A stretch of DNA of 64,000 nt from Octopus vulgaris (GCA_951406725.2 OX597819.1:5208001-5272000), one strand, 5' to 3'. Shown: positions 48,846-62,094, counted from the first letter of the stretch. Made by a program: numbers and translations. The notes: generated from the sequence alone by a model not told the origin.

Positions 48846-49650
48846 GATAAATTTGACTTGTATGCCAGGAAAATATGGTATTGAGCCTACAGGAGTTGAA
48901 AAGTAATGCTAACTATAGCAGGACTTGATTTCAGAACATGCAAGAATTAATAATTTTGCCAGACCAACTCCTCAATGTCAGTCATCATCATCATCATCGT
49001 TTAACGTCCGTTCTCCATGCTAGCATGGGTTGGACGGTCCAACTGGGGTCTGGGAAGCCAGAAGGCTGCACCAGGCTCCAGTCTGATCTGGCAGTGTTTC
49101 TACAGCTGGATGCCCTTCCTAATGCCAACCACTCCGTGAGTGTAGTGGGTGCTTTTTACGTGCCACCTGCACAGGTGCCAGGCGAGGCTGGCAACGGCCA
49201 CGGTCGGATTGGTGCATTTTACGTGCCACTGGCACGGAAGCCAGTCGAGGCGGCACTGGCATCGGCCACGATTCGGATGGTGCTTTTTACGTGCCAGTCG
49301 AGGCGGCGCTGGCATCAGCCACGATTCGGATAGTGCTTTTTACGTACCACCAGTCCAGGGGTCCTGGCATCTGTCGGGTGCCAGTCATAGGATTGGTTCA
49401 ATTTCGATTTCACTTGCCCCAACAGGTCTTCGCAAGCAAAGGGAGGTTGGCATGGGTGCCTGTCGTCGGATGAGGTTTGATATCGACTTTGCTTGCCTCA
49501 ACAGGTCTTTGTGTGTCCAAGGGAGGAAAGGCATACATAAGTGGGCTGGACTCAATGGTTGTAAGGGTGGCAAGATGGCAGAATCGTTAGCACACTGGGC
49601 AAAATACTTAGCATTTCATTGAGTTGAAAGTAAGATGAACTCTGACATAC

Positions 49651-49729
49651 CTCTAAGTCATCTCCACCAAATGTGACATCAGGGTCATCGGCTGCATTGT
49701 CACCTTTGTCATTGCTCTGTTTATTCCGT
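49651..49729 (-). CDS. NCAPH2: NCAPH2 coding exon 4
   Basis: RNKQSNDKGDNAADDPDVTFGGDDLE. Phase 2/0, TAG/GTATGT. Confidence 0.85.
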
Positions 49730-50104
49730 CTAGAATTGAGAAGAAGAAGAAAGCAATAAAAACATAAGCTGATGAGTATAGAAATGAAAACTAAACTTCT
49801 ATTGTTGCAGCCGAGATGCTAATCCTTTCTTCTGTTGAATAGCAATGGAAAAGACATGAAAGACATGAAATACTTAGGAAAATAGCAGAAATGAGCATCA
49901 GAACAAGGACAGCATCAACAGAAAGGTAACAATTCATATTTCGGAAATCAGAAATTTTATTATATTCTATTGGGTTGATGTTTAATTAATGACTGTTTTT
50001 TTAAATTTAATTTACAACAAAAAAAAAAAAAGGTCATTAATTATGAACCAGGTGCAGGAGTGGTTGTGTGGCAAGTAGCTTGTTTACCAACTACATGGTT
50101 TCCG

Positions 50105-50488
50105 GCTATTCTTATTCTAGTGATAACACTCTCTGAGCATCCACCCCCACTACTAACTTGGTCACCTAGGTAGCGAAAACTATCAACTACTTTTAGTTTC
50201 TCCCCCAGGAGTGTAATGGAATGTTTTCTGAGTATCAATGGTGTCTATTGCACCTGTGCATCTGCCGCACACGAAAGCTACCTTCTTGGTTAATTTTCCT
50301 TTGATGGTGCTGCCCCTCTTATGTGTCCATAGCTTACACTGGGTACATCTTATGGAGTTTCTACCTACACCTTTTCTACAAATTGAGCAGGGCCACCTTC
50401 CTGAAGGGGTGTGTGGTATGTTTGCCTTGCTACTTACTATAACTTTGGTCTTTGCTACATTGACTCTAAAACTAGCTTCCACACCTGA
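50105..50488 (-). mobile_element. RTE RT fragment inside a SINE-A (50050-50722); near-identical inverted copy of about 53570-53956
   Basis: RVNVAKTKV..WPCSICRKGVGRNSIRCTQCKLWTHKR..VVDSFRYLGD. Confidence 0.88.
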
Positions 50489-52279
50489 AATTTCTTTTCT
50501 AGTTCCAGTGGCACCTTGGGCAGGTGTCTTCTACTATAGCCTCGGGCCGACTAATGCCTTGTGAGTGGATTTGGTAGACGGAAACTGAAAGAAGCTCGTC
50601 GTATATATGTATATATATATATGCGTGTGTGTGTTTGTGTTTGTCCCCCTAGCATTGCATGACAACCGATACTGGTGTGTTATCTAGCGGTTCGGCAAAA
50701 GAGACCGATAGAATAAGTACTAAATATTATCTTGTAAATTGAACAAAATAGATCAATAAGCTTTCAGTTTTCTCATGTACAAAAAAATTAGACACCAACT
50801 AATGATTATCATTATGAAATGTCATCATTCATTCTGCAAATATCCAAACTATGTCCAACAATGTAGAGACAGAGGTATTAAAGTCAACAGGAATCCATCT
50901 CATCATCATCATCATTTAGCGTCCGCTTTCCATGCTAGCATGGGTTGGACAGTTCAACTGGGATCTGTGAAGCCAGAAGGCTGCATCAGACCCAGTCTGA
51001 TCTGGCAGTGTTTCTACGGCTGGATGCCCTTCCTAACGCCAACCACTCCGAGAGTGTAGTGGGTGCTTTTTACATGCCACCCGCACAGGAGCCAGATGGA
51101 GCTGGCAAACGGCCACGGACGGATGGTGCTTTTTACGTGCCACCGGCACGGAGGCCAGGCGACTTTTTCTATTATTATTCTCCCTCATTCTAGCAACTGT
51201 TAATTTAGATTGTTATCTGCAGGGAATTTAAAATGTTAAATCCTCATCCAAGCAAAATAGCATTTCATTAATTTCATATAATGCAGTCAATAAGTCACTA
51301 GGAAAAAGGACTGGTGTGATATGTGTAGGTTATATATCAGTGTGTGTATATATATAAGATATGTGTTTGAGCTAAAAACTGAGAATAGATGATGGAGTCA
51401 AATCCCACCAAAGATTTTTACTATTAATTTCTCTGCCAGTTGCAACTAAGAGATAGATTGTTCAATACACAAAATATGCAAGAATAAATCTCCTTGTGTT
51501 AACAAGGTTGACAGATGTCTCTCCTTGGTTACGAACAAGATCTAGAGCAGGCTTATCAATCAGTACATATTTTTCATTTCTTGGAAGATTTGAAATTTGA
51601 ATGCTACAATACAGGTAAATGATTTTCCAAAGACACTCTATTCAGTAATCTTAAATTTTAGTAAAGCATTGGTCTCTAAAATGACTCTTTTTAAAACCTG
51701 GCAAAGATGAAAAAAAATCAACCATGCCAGCACCTATATATATGTATATATATATAGGGAGAGTTTACGAAAAAAACAAAAGACGAAGACAGGTGGTGTA
51801 CAAAACAAACAGATGTATCAGTATAACGTTCAGGAATAGAAAAAGTCTTTTATGTTTCGAGCCAAAGCTCTTCTACAGAAAGGGACACAGAAAAAACAAG
51901 GAGAGAAAAAAAATGTGTGTAGTGGCTATACATATATATATATATATATAGGTTATGAGAGGTAATGGTGTCAGGTAATACTGAGTAAGTGCAATGGATA
52001 GACCATAGTTAAACTCCAGGTTTGGTGGTTATGCAAATAAGGCCTCCAACATAGGTCATATATCAGCGTGTGTATATATACAAAATCTTTTTTTCAGAAT
52101 GAGATAAAAAAAAAACAAAGGCTGTGAAGATTTTAGAATATTTATAAATAGAAGGTCTTTCAGCTGTTTCCAGGATATTTATTATATCCCTTCATCGGAG
52201 ACGGTGTGAGAAAATGGTTAAACAATAGTTAATTTAGATAAGATACGAAATAGGGAGTGAAATGGAGGAATGAAAATAG

Positions 52280-54780
52280 ATGAGAGAAGTGTGTCTGCAT
52301 GGATGATGGTGCACTTGCTTTTAATGATTCTGAAAAGAAAGAAGTTTGGAGAAGTCATTATGAAAGACTGCTGAACACGGAGAATGAATGGGAAGAGAGC
52401 CTGCCAAATGTTGACCCAGTAGAGGGACTAGCTATCCAAATAGACAGCTCCCTGGTAGATAAAGCAATTAAGGGTATGAAGCCAGGAAAAGCCCCCAGCC
52501 CATCAGGAATCACTGCTGAGATGCTTAAAATATCTGGTGGTGTGGGCTATGGCCTAGTCACCTGCATTGTAAACCAGGTAGTTCATGATGGAGTCATACC
52601 CAATGACTGGGGTAGCAGCACCATAGTCAACTGCTACAGGGGTATCAAACTGCTGGTTCAGGTGATGAATGTCATGGAGAGGATCATAGCCCATCTCATT
52701 AGGGAGAGAATTTGCTTAGATGAGATGCAGTTCGTTTTTGTGCCAGGTAGAAGCACCACTGATGCTATATTCCTGGTTTGACAACTACAGGAGAACTACC
52801 AAGCTGAAGATAAACCCCTGTACTTAACTTTTGTGGACTTGGAGAAAGCCTTTGCCAGGATCCCCCGATCCCTTATCTGGTGATTGATGCGGAAACTGGG
52901 GATTGACGAATGGTTAATAAGGGCTGTACAGGCCCTATACAGAGAGGCCGTTAGTAAGGTTAGGATTGGCAATGAGCATAATGAAGAATTCCAGGTAGAA
53001 GTAGGGGTCCACCAAGGATCAGCCCTCTGTTCCCTTTTATTCATCTTAGTCCTCCAGGCAATAACAGAGGAATCCAAGATGGGTTGCTCCTGGGAGCTCC
53101 TCTATGCTGACGACCTGGTGCTCATAGCAGAATCACTACCAGAACTAGAGAAGAAATTTCAGGTGTGGAAGCAAGGTTTAGAATCAAAAGGCCTTAGAGT
53201 TGTTACTGAATAGCACAAGGAACATTCTAGTGAAGTTGAACATCTTATCTGGCCACCACAGTCCCCAGATCTCAATATTACTAAACGACGTTAAACGATG
53301 ATGATGATTTATGGTGCATTTTAGAAAAACAAGTAAGGAGTTGATATCCTCCACCATCATCACTACAAGAACTGGAGACTGTTTTAACTGAAGAATGGAC
53401 AAAAATTCCTTTGGAAACAATTCAAACCTTGTATGAGTCCATACCTCTTAGAATTCAATCTGTAATTACTGCCAAAGGCAGTCCTACTCCATATTGAAAT
53501 AAACTTGTTTGAAATTTTAAGGTGTCTCCATTATTTTGTCCAACGCCTGGCCCTCATAGCAGAACCACTACTGGAACTAGAAAAGAAATTTCAGGTGTGG
53601 AAGCAAGGTTTAGAGTCAATGTAGCAAAGACCAAGGCAAACACACCACACACCCCTTCAGGAAGGTGGCCCTGCTCAATTTGTAGAAAAGGTGTAGGTAG
53701 AAACTCCATAAGATGTACCCAGTGTAAGCTATGGACACATAAGAGGGGCAGCACCATCAAAGGAAAATTAACCAAGAAGGTAGCTTTCGTGTGCGGCAGA
53801 TGCACAGGTGCAATAGACACCATTGATACTCAGAAAACATTCCATTACACTCCTGGGGGAGAAACTAAAAGTAGTTGATAGTTTTCGCTACCTAGGTGAC
53901 GAAGTTAGTAGTGGGGGTGGATGCTCAGAGAGTGTTATCACTAGAATAAGAATAGCCTGGGCAAAGTTTAGAAAGCTACTACCCCTACTGGTGACAAAGG
54001 GTCTCTCGCTTAGAGTGAAAGGTACATTGTATGACGCATGTGTGTGAACTGCCATGCTTCATGGTAGTGAAACATGGGCTGTGACTGCAGAGGACATGCA
54101 TAGGCTTGAAAGAAATGAAGCTAGCATGATCCACTGGATGTGTAATGTCAGTGTGCACACATGACAAAGTGTAACACCCTGAGAGAAATGCTGGACATAA
54201 GAAGCATTGGATATGGTGTGCAAGAGAGACGCTTGCATTGGTATGGTCATGTACTACGGATGGATGAGGAGAGATGTGAGAAGTGCCACTCCCAAACAGT
54301 TGAAGGAATCCGGGGTAGAGGTAGACCCAGGAAGACATGGGATGAGGTGGTCAAGCATGACCTTCGAACATTGGGTCTCACAGAGGCAATGACGAAAGAT
54401 CGAGACCTCTGGAGATATGCTGTGACTGTGAAGACCCGACAAATCACGTGAGTTCATGGCTGTTTCCTGCACCAGCTTTACATAGAAGCCCCAGCCCTTC
54501 CAAAGTGCCTTGGATCGCAGGACGACCTGCTGTGCTTGAGGAGGCCTCAACATAAAAAAAAAAATCAAATGGAAATTGTAGTTGTGATACCTGTGCCGGT
54601 GGCACGTAAAAAGCACCCACTACAGTCACAGAGTGGTTGGTGTTAGGAAGGGCATTCAACTGTAGAAACACTGCTAGATCAGACTGGAGCTTGGTGCAGC
54701 CTCCTGGCCTCCCAGATCCTGGTCGAACCATCCAACCCATGCTAGCATGGAAAACGGACGTTAAACGATGATGATGATGA
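52280..54780 (+). mobile_element. Degenerate RTE-clade LINE: RT core, C-terminus and 3' UTR with (GAT)n tail, interrupted by a Tc1 relic
   Basis: MKPGKAPSPSGITAEMLK, YRGIKLL, PGRSTTDAIF, FVDLEKAF, VGVHQGSAL, LLYADDLVL, FRYLG, LHGSETW, RRLHWYGHVLRM, RGRGRPRKTW. Contains stops and frameshifts. Confidence 0.92.
53211..53549 (+). mobile_element. Tc1/mariner transposase 3' relic with right TIR
   Basis: HLIWPPQSPDLNI...LW..LEKQVRS...SLQELETVLTEEWTKIPLETIQTLYESIPLRIQSVITAKGSPTPY*, then ATTATTTTGTCCAACGCCTG (Tc1-type TIR). Confidence 0.85.
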
Positions 54781-54789
54781 TATATATGT

Positions 54790-54834
<45 letters not shown>

Positions 54835-54835
<1 letters not shown>

Positions 54836-56090
54836 TATAATTTAGAGCAGTAAAAGGTTGTCATTATAGTACTCGGAGCAGAGAGTGAATAGCACACTGG
54901 GTATTTATGGCAACAGACACTATGGAAAACCATTGAAAAACTGTTCATGCACGGAGAAAGACTTGTGCCCACTAAATGGAGCCTGTATGACCGAGGTCAT
55001 TATCTATGAAGCCACCGTAAATTTCACGAGCACCAATAATACAGTTTCATCCAAGAGATATGTGCGTCTCACAGAGGGAAATTTCGAAGCAAGATTCAAC
55101 AATTACATCTTAAGCTTCAGACACTGGAATAAATGAAAAACTACCAAATTAACCAGTTAAGTGTGGTTTTTAAAAGGACAAGATGTCAACTACAAAATTT
55201 CCAGTCAGATCTTAGCCATGTGTAAACATACCAAAAGTAGCGGCAAGTACGGTCTTTGGAATATGGAAAGATGGCTCATCTGAAAAAGTTCCTTGGACCC
55301 CACTACATGTTTAAATTCAAGGGCTGAACTTTTTGGAACATGTCCACACATCACAAAATACCTGTTATAGTTTTGGGCCCCACAAGATCACAGTTAGAAT
55401 CCACATTTCTTCTATGTTCCTGCACAACTTCCATTAATTAAAAATTTTTTTATACATATTTTTTTCATTTTTTCCTTTTTAATTGTGTGTGTGTGTAGGT
55501 GTCTGTCTGTGAATGTGTATATGTATGTATATGAATGTAAGACTGTGTCTGGTGCATATGTGCAACTTTCATTTATACGGATATGCATATGCTTGTATAT
55601 ATGCAGGAGTGTGAATGTAGGTCTGTATATATATATATATATATATACGTATAAATGTCTAAATATATATGTACTATGTTACATATATGCATGTAAGCAC
55701 TTATGTGTATATGAGGTTGAGGTTGCGTACACATATACATATATATGTGTGTGTATGAGCATATACATATACGTTTGTGTGAGTGTGTACGTATATAGCT
55801 GTTGTGAATGCAGGAGGTTTATGTCTATGTATTGTGAGAATATGGTTGCATGTATTTTTTATCCTTTTCCTTTTTCTACCTATTAGAGTAACTTCCCTTT
55901 TCTTCAACAGTTTTTCATAGCATCTGTTGCCATTAATAGCTGACAAGAGTGTATCATAGCTCTTCGCTCTGACATTCAAAACTCCGAGCACTAAAATGAC
56001 AACCTTTTACTATTTGTTCTAAATTATAATATATATAAATAATCCTCTATTCTAATATCAAGGTCTCATTCTTTTGTTGTTACTTATTAT
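54835..56090 (+). mobile_element. Penelope-like element relic: inverted partial pLTR, GIY-YIG endonuclease remnant (about 54939-55370), microsatellite-rich UTR, pLTR
   Basis: NCSCTEKDLCPLNGACMTEVIIYEATV..YVRLTEGNFEARFNNYILSFRH..CLNSRAELFGTCPH..KYLL. Segment 54835-54935 is the reverse complement of about 55905-56030. Confidence 0.82.
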
Positions 56091-56559
56091 TATTATTATT
56101 ATATATTGTGTGTGTGTGTGTGTGTGTGTTAGTATCTCCGTTTTGACATCGTGTAATAATTGTAAATGAATATCAGTCATACAAGCAGTGTCCTTCGTTT
56201 CCAATTTTCCACGAAAAGTATGTCTGACCAAGTGGAAATGTTGGTTTCAAATTTTGTTATAAGGCCAGCAATTTCTGAGTAGGGGCTAAGTCGATAACAT
56301 CAACCCCAGTTCTCAACTGGTACTCATTTTATTGACCCTGAAAGGATGAAAGGAAAGTCAACCCTGGCAGCATTTGAACCCAGAAGGAATTACCACAAAT
56401 CTGCTTTAATGACTTGTATGACCCATGCAAGCATGGAAAAGATGGCATTATAAGAAGGATAATGACAATGATGTTGAAAATAAGTAAATAACTTAAAAGA
56501 CAAGAAACAGAAAAGTTAAATTTTAAAACAGATTTTGCAAGTTAAGTATTATTACTTAC

Positions 56560-56615
56560 CTTTTGTTAACCAAAAGATCCAAGACTTCATAAACTAATGC
56601 ATATAAATATTCAAC
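56560..56615 (-). CDS. NCAPH2: NCAPH2 coding exon 3
   Basis: VEYLYALVYEVLDLLVNK(R). Phase 0/2, AG/GTAAGT. Confidence 0.94.
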
Positions 56616-56748
56616 CTGAAACAAGAAAAATAACAAAATATGTTAATAAAACACAAAAGGAATCTTAAAAGAAGGTATTACTTTAAATTAATTATATTCA
56701 AGTTAGAATTGCTCACATTAATCTGCTGGACTTTGGCTATATAAAATA

Positions 56749-57142
56749 CTAGCAGTATCGCCCGGCGTTGCTTGGGTTTGTAAGGGAAATAACTATATAA
56801 GCATTTTTAGAGATGTAAAGTATAATAGCCATCTCAATATGGCTAACCACAAAGGGGGGTGTTACTGTAGTTTTTTACGTTCTGAGATTTAATAATAAAT
56901 TTTTAGAGAGTTACTTCCCTTATATATGCCAAAAATGCATTAAAAATGGGAAAAATTGATGGTAAATTTTTTTTAAATCGTAGATCCATCGTAGACGCGC
57001 GCTAATACCCAGAAGGGCTCGATATGAATCACAACTATAAGATACCCGGTTTTGGTTAAACTGCACCGCAAAATGTGGGAGTAGTTAGGAATCTAAATCG
57101 TAGGAGACAGACAGCACACAACCTCACTTTTATATATAAAGA
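56749..57142 (-). mobile_element. Helitron-like H1 copy
   Basis: Near-identical to 384-772, with an almost intact hairpin (CCCGGCGTTGCTTGGG on +). Confidence 0.8.
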
Positions 57143-58505
57143 TATCATAGCCATGGACAGTGTCAAGCTAAGTGAAATCATAGTCATGACAAGTAATGGT
57201 GACTCGTAAATGGCATCTGTGCCAGTGACACATAAAAGGCACCCATGCCAGTGACATGTAAAAGGCATTTGTGCAGGTGACATGTAAAAGGCACCCAGTG
57301 CACTCTGTGGAGTGATTGGCATTAGGAAACCAAGCCAAAACAGATAGGAGCCTGGCAAACCATCTTACCCATGCTAGTAAGGAAAAGACATTAAATGCTA
57401 GAAGAGTTGTGTCCCACCAACAGGTAACAACACTTCACCTGCTCCACCTGAAGAAACTGAACTATAACTCCTCTTCTATCTGCAAAATTTCTCTTTCTTG
57501 CATTTCCACTTCATAAATTATGATTGTTTGCCAGTCCTCTTTCTTGCCTTCACTGCCCTGCTCACTGTATCGCTGCTCCACCCACACACTATTTTTCTAT
57601 CTAATTTCAATGCTTAGATCCTTGTTACTCATGAATATACCCTAGCACTCTATTCAGCTCTCCCTTTTGCTGTTTCCTACTCTCTCTCACTTTCTCTTGT
57701 ATTTTTCTCTGACCAGGTAACCAACTATCTCCTTTACATCAGCACACTTAATTCTGGCCACTTTCTTGCACCTCTCTCTCATTCTCTTTTCTCTCACCCC
57801 CTGGGTAACCATGTACCTCCTCTATAGCAAGACACCAATTTCTGCCTGTCTATTTCTCTGTTACACTAACCTTTCATCATCTGATGCTGGATCACTTCCC
57901 CTAACGCCCTCTCAGTTGTGACAAGACACCTGCTTCTGTCTCTTTATCACACTTTAACCTTTCGTCCTCTGAAGTTCCCCTCCTCAAATGCCCTGCTCCT
58001 CTCATAATTCCTTGTCTTATGAACTGCTTGGTTACTATGACAGTGTTGGTGCCACGTTAAAAGCATCCAGTGGACACTGTAACATGGTTGGCATTTGGAA
58101 GGGCCGTCTGGCACCTGTGCGGATGGCACGTAAAAAACACCCACAACATTCACGGAGTGGTTGGCGTTAGGAAGGGCATCCAGCTGTAAAAATAATGCCA
58201 AAACTAACCTCGCCTGTGCTAGAGCCATGTGAAAAGCACTGAGTCTACTCTGCAGAGTGGTTGGTGTTAGGAAGGGCAGCCAACTGTAAAATCCTTACCA
58301 AAACAGACACAGTAGCCTAAGGTAGATATTTCCTACCTGACCGGCTCATGTCAACCATCCTACTCATGAATGCATGGAAGAATATATGTTAAATGATGGT
58401 GAAGATGAGTGTATCATAAAAACAGTTTCATTGCACATTTTATTGCTTTCTCTTTTTACTCTAACGACAGATTTTATAGTGAAACAACCATAAATCTTCC
58501 CTCAC

Positions 58506-58604
58506 CTTTCTACTATAGACACACGTTGAACCTTGAATGAGAAGTGCAGCTTCGGCAAAGTTCATCGTTCGCCCACCGTCAAAGGTTATAGCTACATTTT
58601 CCAA
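58506..58604 (-). CDS. NCAPH2: NCAPH2 coding exon 2
   Basis: [33 protein letters not shown] ([12 protein letters not shown] motif). Phase 0/0, AG/GTGAG. Confidence 0.96.
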
Positions 58605-58694
58605 CTGAAAAAGAAAGAAATACAAACTGTTATATTTTCTTTAAAAAACAAACAAATAAAAAACATTTAAAAATTAATAATGATACATCATATA

Positions 58695-59080
58695 TACAGG
58701 AGTGGCTGTGTGGTAAGTAGCTTGCTAACCAACCAGATGGTTCCAGGTTCAGACCCACTGCGTGGCATCTTGGGCAAGTGTCTTCTACTATAGCACCGGG
58801 CCAACCAATGCCTTGTGAGTGGATTTGGTAGACGGAAACTGAAAGAAGCCTGTTGTATATATGTATGTGTGTGTGTGTTTGTCCCCCTAGCATTGCTTGA
58901 CAACCGATGCTGGTGTGTTTATGTCCCCGTCACTTAGCGGTTCGGCAAAAGAGACCGATAGAATAAGTACTGGGCTTACAAAGAATAAGTCCCGGGGTCG
59001 ATTTGCTCGACTAAAGGCGGTGCTCCAGCATGGCTGCAGTCAAATGACTGAAACAAGTAAAAGAGTAAAGAGTAAAGAGT
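58695..59080 (+). mobile_element. SINE-A
   Basis: Matches consensus. Confidence 0.87.
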
Positions 59081-61261
59081 ATGTGATGGATTTATGTTGA
59101 AATAAAAGCTTGGGATTGTAAAGACAGCATTTAAATGCTTGTTTTTGAGGAGGAACGATGTCTCCTGTCAGGTAGTGCAATGGTAAGCACATTTGTCAGG
59201 ATATAAAAAGGGCTTGGTTTCATTTTTATGAGGCAATGTGTTAGTCTATACTTCTCAACACTTGTTTATAAATGTTAGTGTGAATATATGAGTATGGATA
59301 AGTATGTATAACTGTGGTTAAGAAGCTTGCTTCCCAACCATATGGTATCAGGTTCAGTCTCACTGGGTGGCACCTTAAGCTTCTTTTACTATATCCATGG
59401 GGCCAACCAACTCTTTGTGAGTGGAGTTGGTAGACAGATACCAAAAAAAAAACTGTTGCATGTATGCGTGTGCACGTGTGTGTGTTTGTGTATCTTTGTC
59501 TTGATATCAAATGGTGGTTCCATTTGGAACCACCATTTGATATGGCTGAGAAAAAACTGAATCTAAGAAGCATCAGATGTAATGTGCAAAAGAGAAGACT
59601 ACCTGTGCATGCCAGCATGAGAAACAGACGCTAAAGGATGACGATGATGATGATGATGACATACATACATGGAGGCTATCAGTGGTGTAAAATGGATGGA
59701 ACTTGCAGAAGAGGTGGACATGGCGATTCTCAGTCGCCATCATACAACTTGAGTCATTTGTTTCTTGTCTTCTGTGCTAAACACACCTGACCAATGAGTA
59801 ATATTACCTTGATTGGAAACAGGTGAGGGTTGGCAACAAGAAGCGTATCATGCTATAGAAAATGTTTCAATGAAATGAAAATGTTTCACCTGATCCAATC
59901 AAGCCATGGAAAAGTGGACATTATATGATACTGATGATATATTATCTGAAAAAATAATTATTATCGACAAAAGCAACATTAATACCAAAAGGTAATATTT
60001 CTATACTTATTATCTGCCTAGAGTCATCTTCACTTCAATAAAGCTAGACAAGATCATATTAGGTTACAATACTGGTCTTTTGGTTATCATACAGTGGGTT
60101 CTTACTCAGAGTTTTAGCCATAAAAAAGATTAGAAATATATCTTTAAGTTGAAGATGAAATAGTTATGATGGGTGATGTTGATAGAAACTTAAATGTATT
60201 CTGTCTCTGATAGGAGAATGTTCACATCAATATTTCACTCAAATTTTATACATCAAAACACTGAGAAACATGGGGTACCAAGACCAGAGGGAGGAGGAGG
60301 GTAAAAGAAACAGAAAATTTAAAAGAGGAGAAAAAAGAGGAAGAAGATTAGTAAGGAAAGTGGTGAAGAAAGAGGAGGGATAAGGGAAATTTTCCTCTTC
60401 CTCCTTTGTTTTCTTCAAAGAAGGAGGAAGACATGAAGGAAGAAGCAGAAAAGAAAAAAATAACAAGGTTTTGGTGGTGGGAGGGGGGGGAGAAGAATGA
60501 GAAAATATAAACAAAGAAAAGCCCCATCAGCCCCACTAGTCTAATTAATATCCTGTTTTTGTTGTGAAAAACTTTAGTTTGTCATTATCATCTGGTCAGT
60601 GAAGTCTGCTCTGTTGCAGGGATTCAAACCAGACCCTAGTTACCTCTTTGCAGACATTGACCTGTTGTAGGTAGATACCATTTCAGACTAGATACCACAG
60701 AAATTGAACAGAGATGATGCAGGAGCCATGATAAAATGCACCTAGCAGACTCTGTAAAGTGGTTGGTGATAGGGAAGATATCCAGCTGTAGAAACTGTGC
60801 CAAAAATGCTGTTCTAGAAAGCTATGGTCCTTGCTTCATCAAGGATGGTAGTAACTCCAGATAAAATCTAACTTGGACTGTAACAACTTATTCAGCCCAT
60901 GTCAGCCTAAAAAAGTGGACATCAAAATGATAGTGGTATGCATGAGTATATCTTTCACAGACGTACATTGACGAGAAAACTAAAACACTGCTCTTTGGAC
61001 TATGATATTTGTTCTGCCCTGAGTTATAGGCACTTCCCTTGCCATTGTCACAAGTCCCTTGGAAACTTGTAACAAATTATGCTGCTGTTCATAATAGCTG
61101 AAATATAATAAATGCTGAATTATTAGTCCAGTTTATTTACTCATTGGACTATTTTATAATCCTCATCCCAATAACTTATCTGTGTATGTAGACAAACCAA
61201 TCTGAAACTGGAAAACTAGTATGATACATTACAATCTTTTGTTAAATCAAAATTTGCCCAC

Positions 61262-61372
61262 CTCTTCTAAGTAGTCTTCAAGATGACTAGCAATATCAAC
61301 ATCCCAATTTTTAGTCAGATCACGGATGGGTTGCAACATAAAGTTGAAGCGGCCATCATCTTCCAGCACCAT
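61262..61372 (-). CDS. NCAPH2: NCAPH2 coding exon 1 (condensin-2 complex subunit H2)
   Basis: [37 protein letters not shown] has the CAP-H2 N-terminal [11 protein letters not shown] motif. Acceptor AG 5 nt upstream of the ATG, GTGGGC donor. Confidence 0.95.
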
Positions 61373-61504
61373 TGTTACTGTAAAGAAGAAAAATAATTAT
61401 ATAGTTTAAAAAATATTATCAAATTTCAAAAAAGAGTAAAACAAGAAATAATATATTTAAATTTTCAAGATGGAAGTAGAGAGAAATTTAAGCATTACAG
61501 TTAT

Positions 61505-61915
61505 AGGCGCAGGAGTGGCTGTGTGGTAAGTAGCTTGCTAACCAACCACATGGTTGCGGGTTCAGTCCCACTGCGTGGCATCTTGGGCAAGTGTCTTCTG
61601 CTATAGCCCCGGGCCGACCAATGCCTTGTGAGTGGATTTGGTAGACGGAAACTGAAAAGAAGCCTGTCGTATATATGTATGTATATATATATGTGTGTGT
61701 ATGTTTGTGTGTCTGTGTTTGTCCCCTTAATATTGCTTGACAACCGATGCTGGTGTGTTTACGTCCCCGTCACTTAGTGGTTCGGCAAAAGGGACCGATA
61801 GAATAAGTACTGGGCTTACAAAGAATAAGTCCCGGGGTCGATTTGCTCGACTAAAGGCGGTGCTCCAGCATGGCCGCAGTCAAATGACTGAAACAAGTAA
61901 AAGAGTAAAAGAGAG
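61505..61915 (+). mobile_element. SINE-A, full length
   Basis: Matches consensus. Confidence 0.87.
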
Positions 61916-62094
61916 TTAGAGTAGTTATACAAAAGTGAAACAGGGTGATTAATAAATATTGCAGTGGTTTAACTTTGTAGCATTTAAACAGGCCGTATCC
62001 AGCCCAAATAATCCCCTTTATGTTCAAATGGAGACAAGACCTGACCTCTAACACCCACCCTACATCATTGGAGTCTCAGTTATGAGATAATGCA

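Noticed and set aside
52299-54451. Active reverse transcriptase gene
   Set aside because: It has multiple stops, frameshifts and deletions, is interrupted by a Tc1 relic, and lacks the endonuclease domain.
60280-60520. Purine-rich stretch giving Leu/Phe/Ser-rich ORFs
   Set aside because: Low-complexity GA-rich intronic sequence with no splice or homology support.
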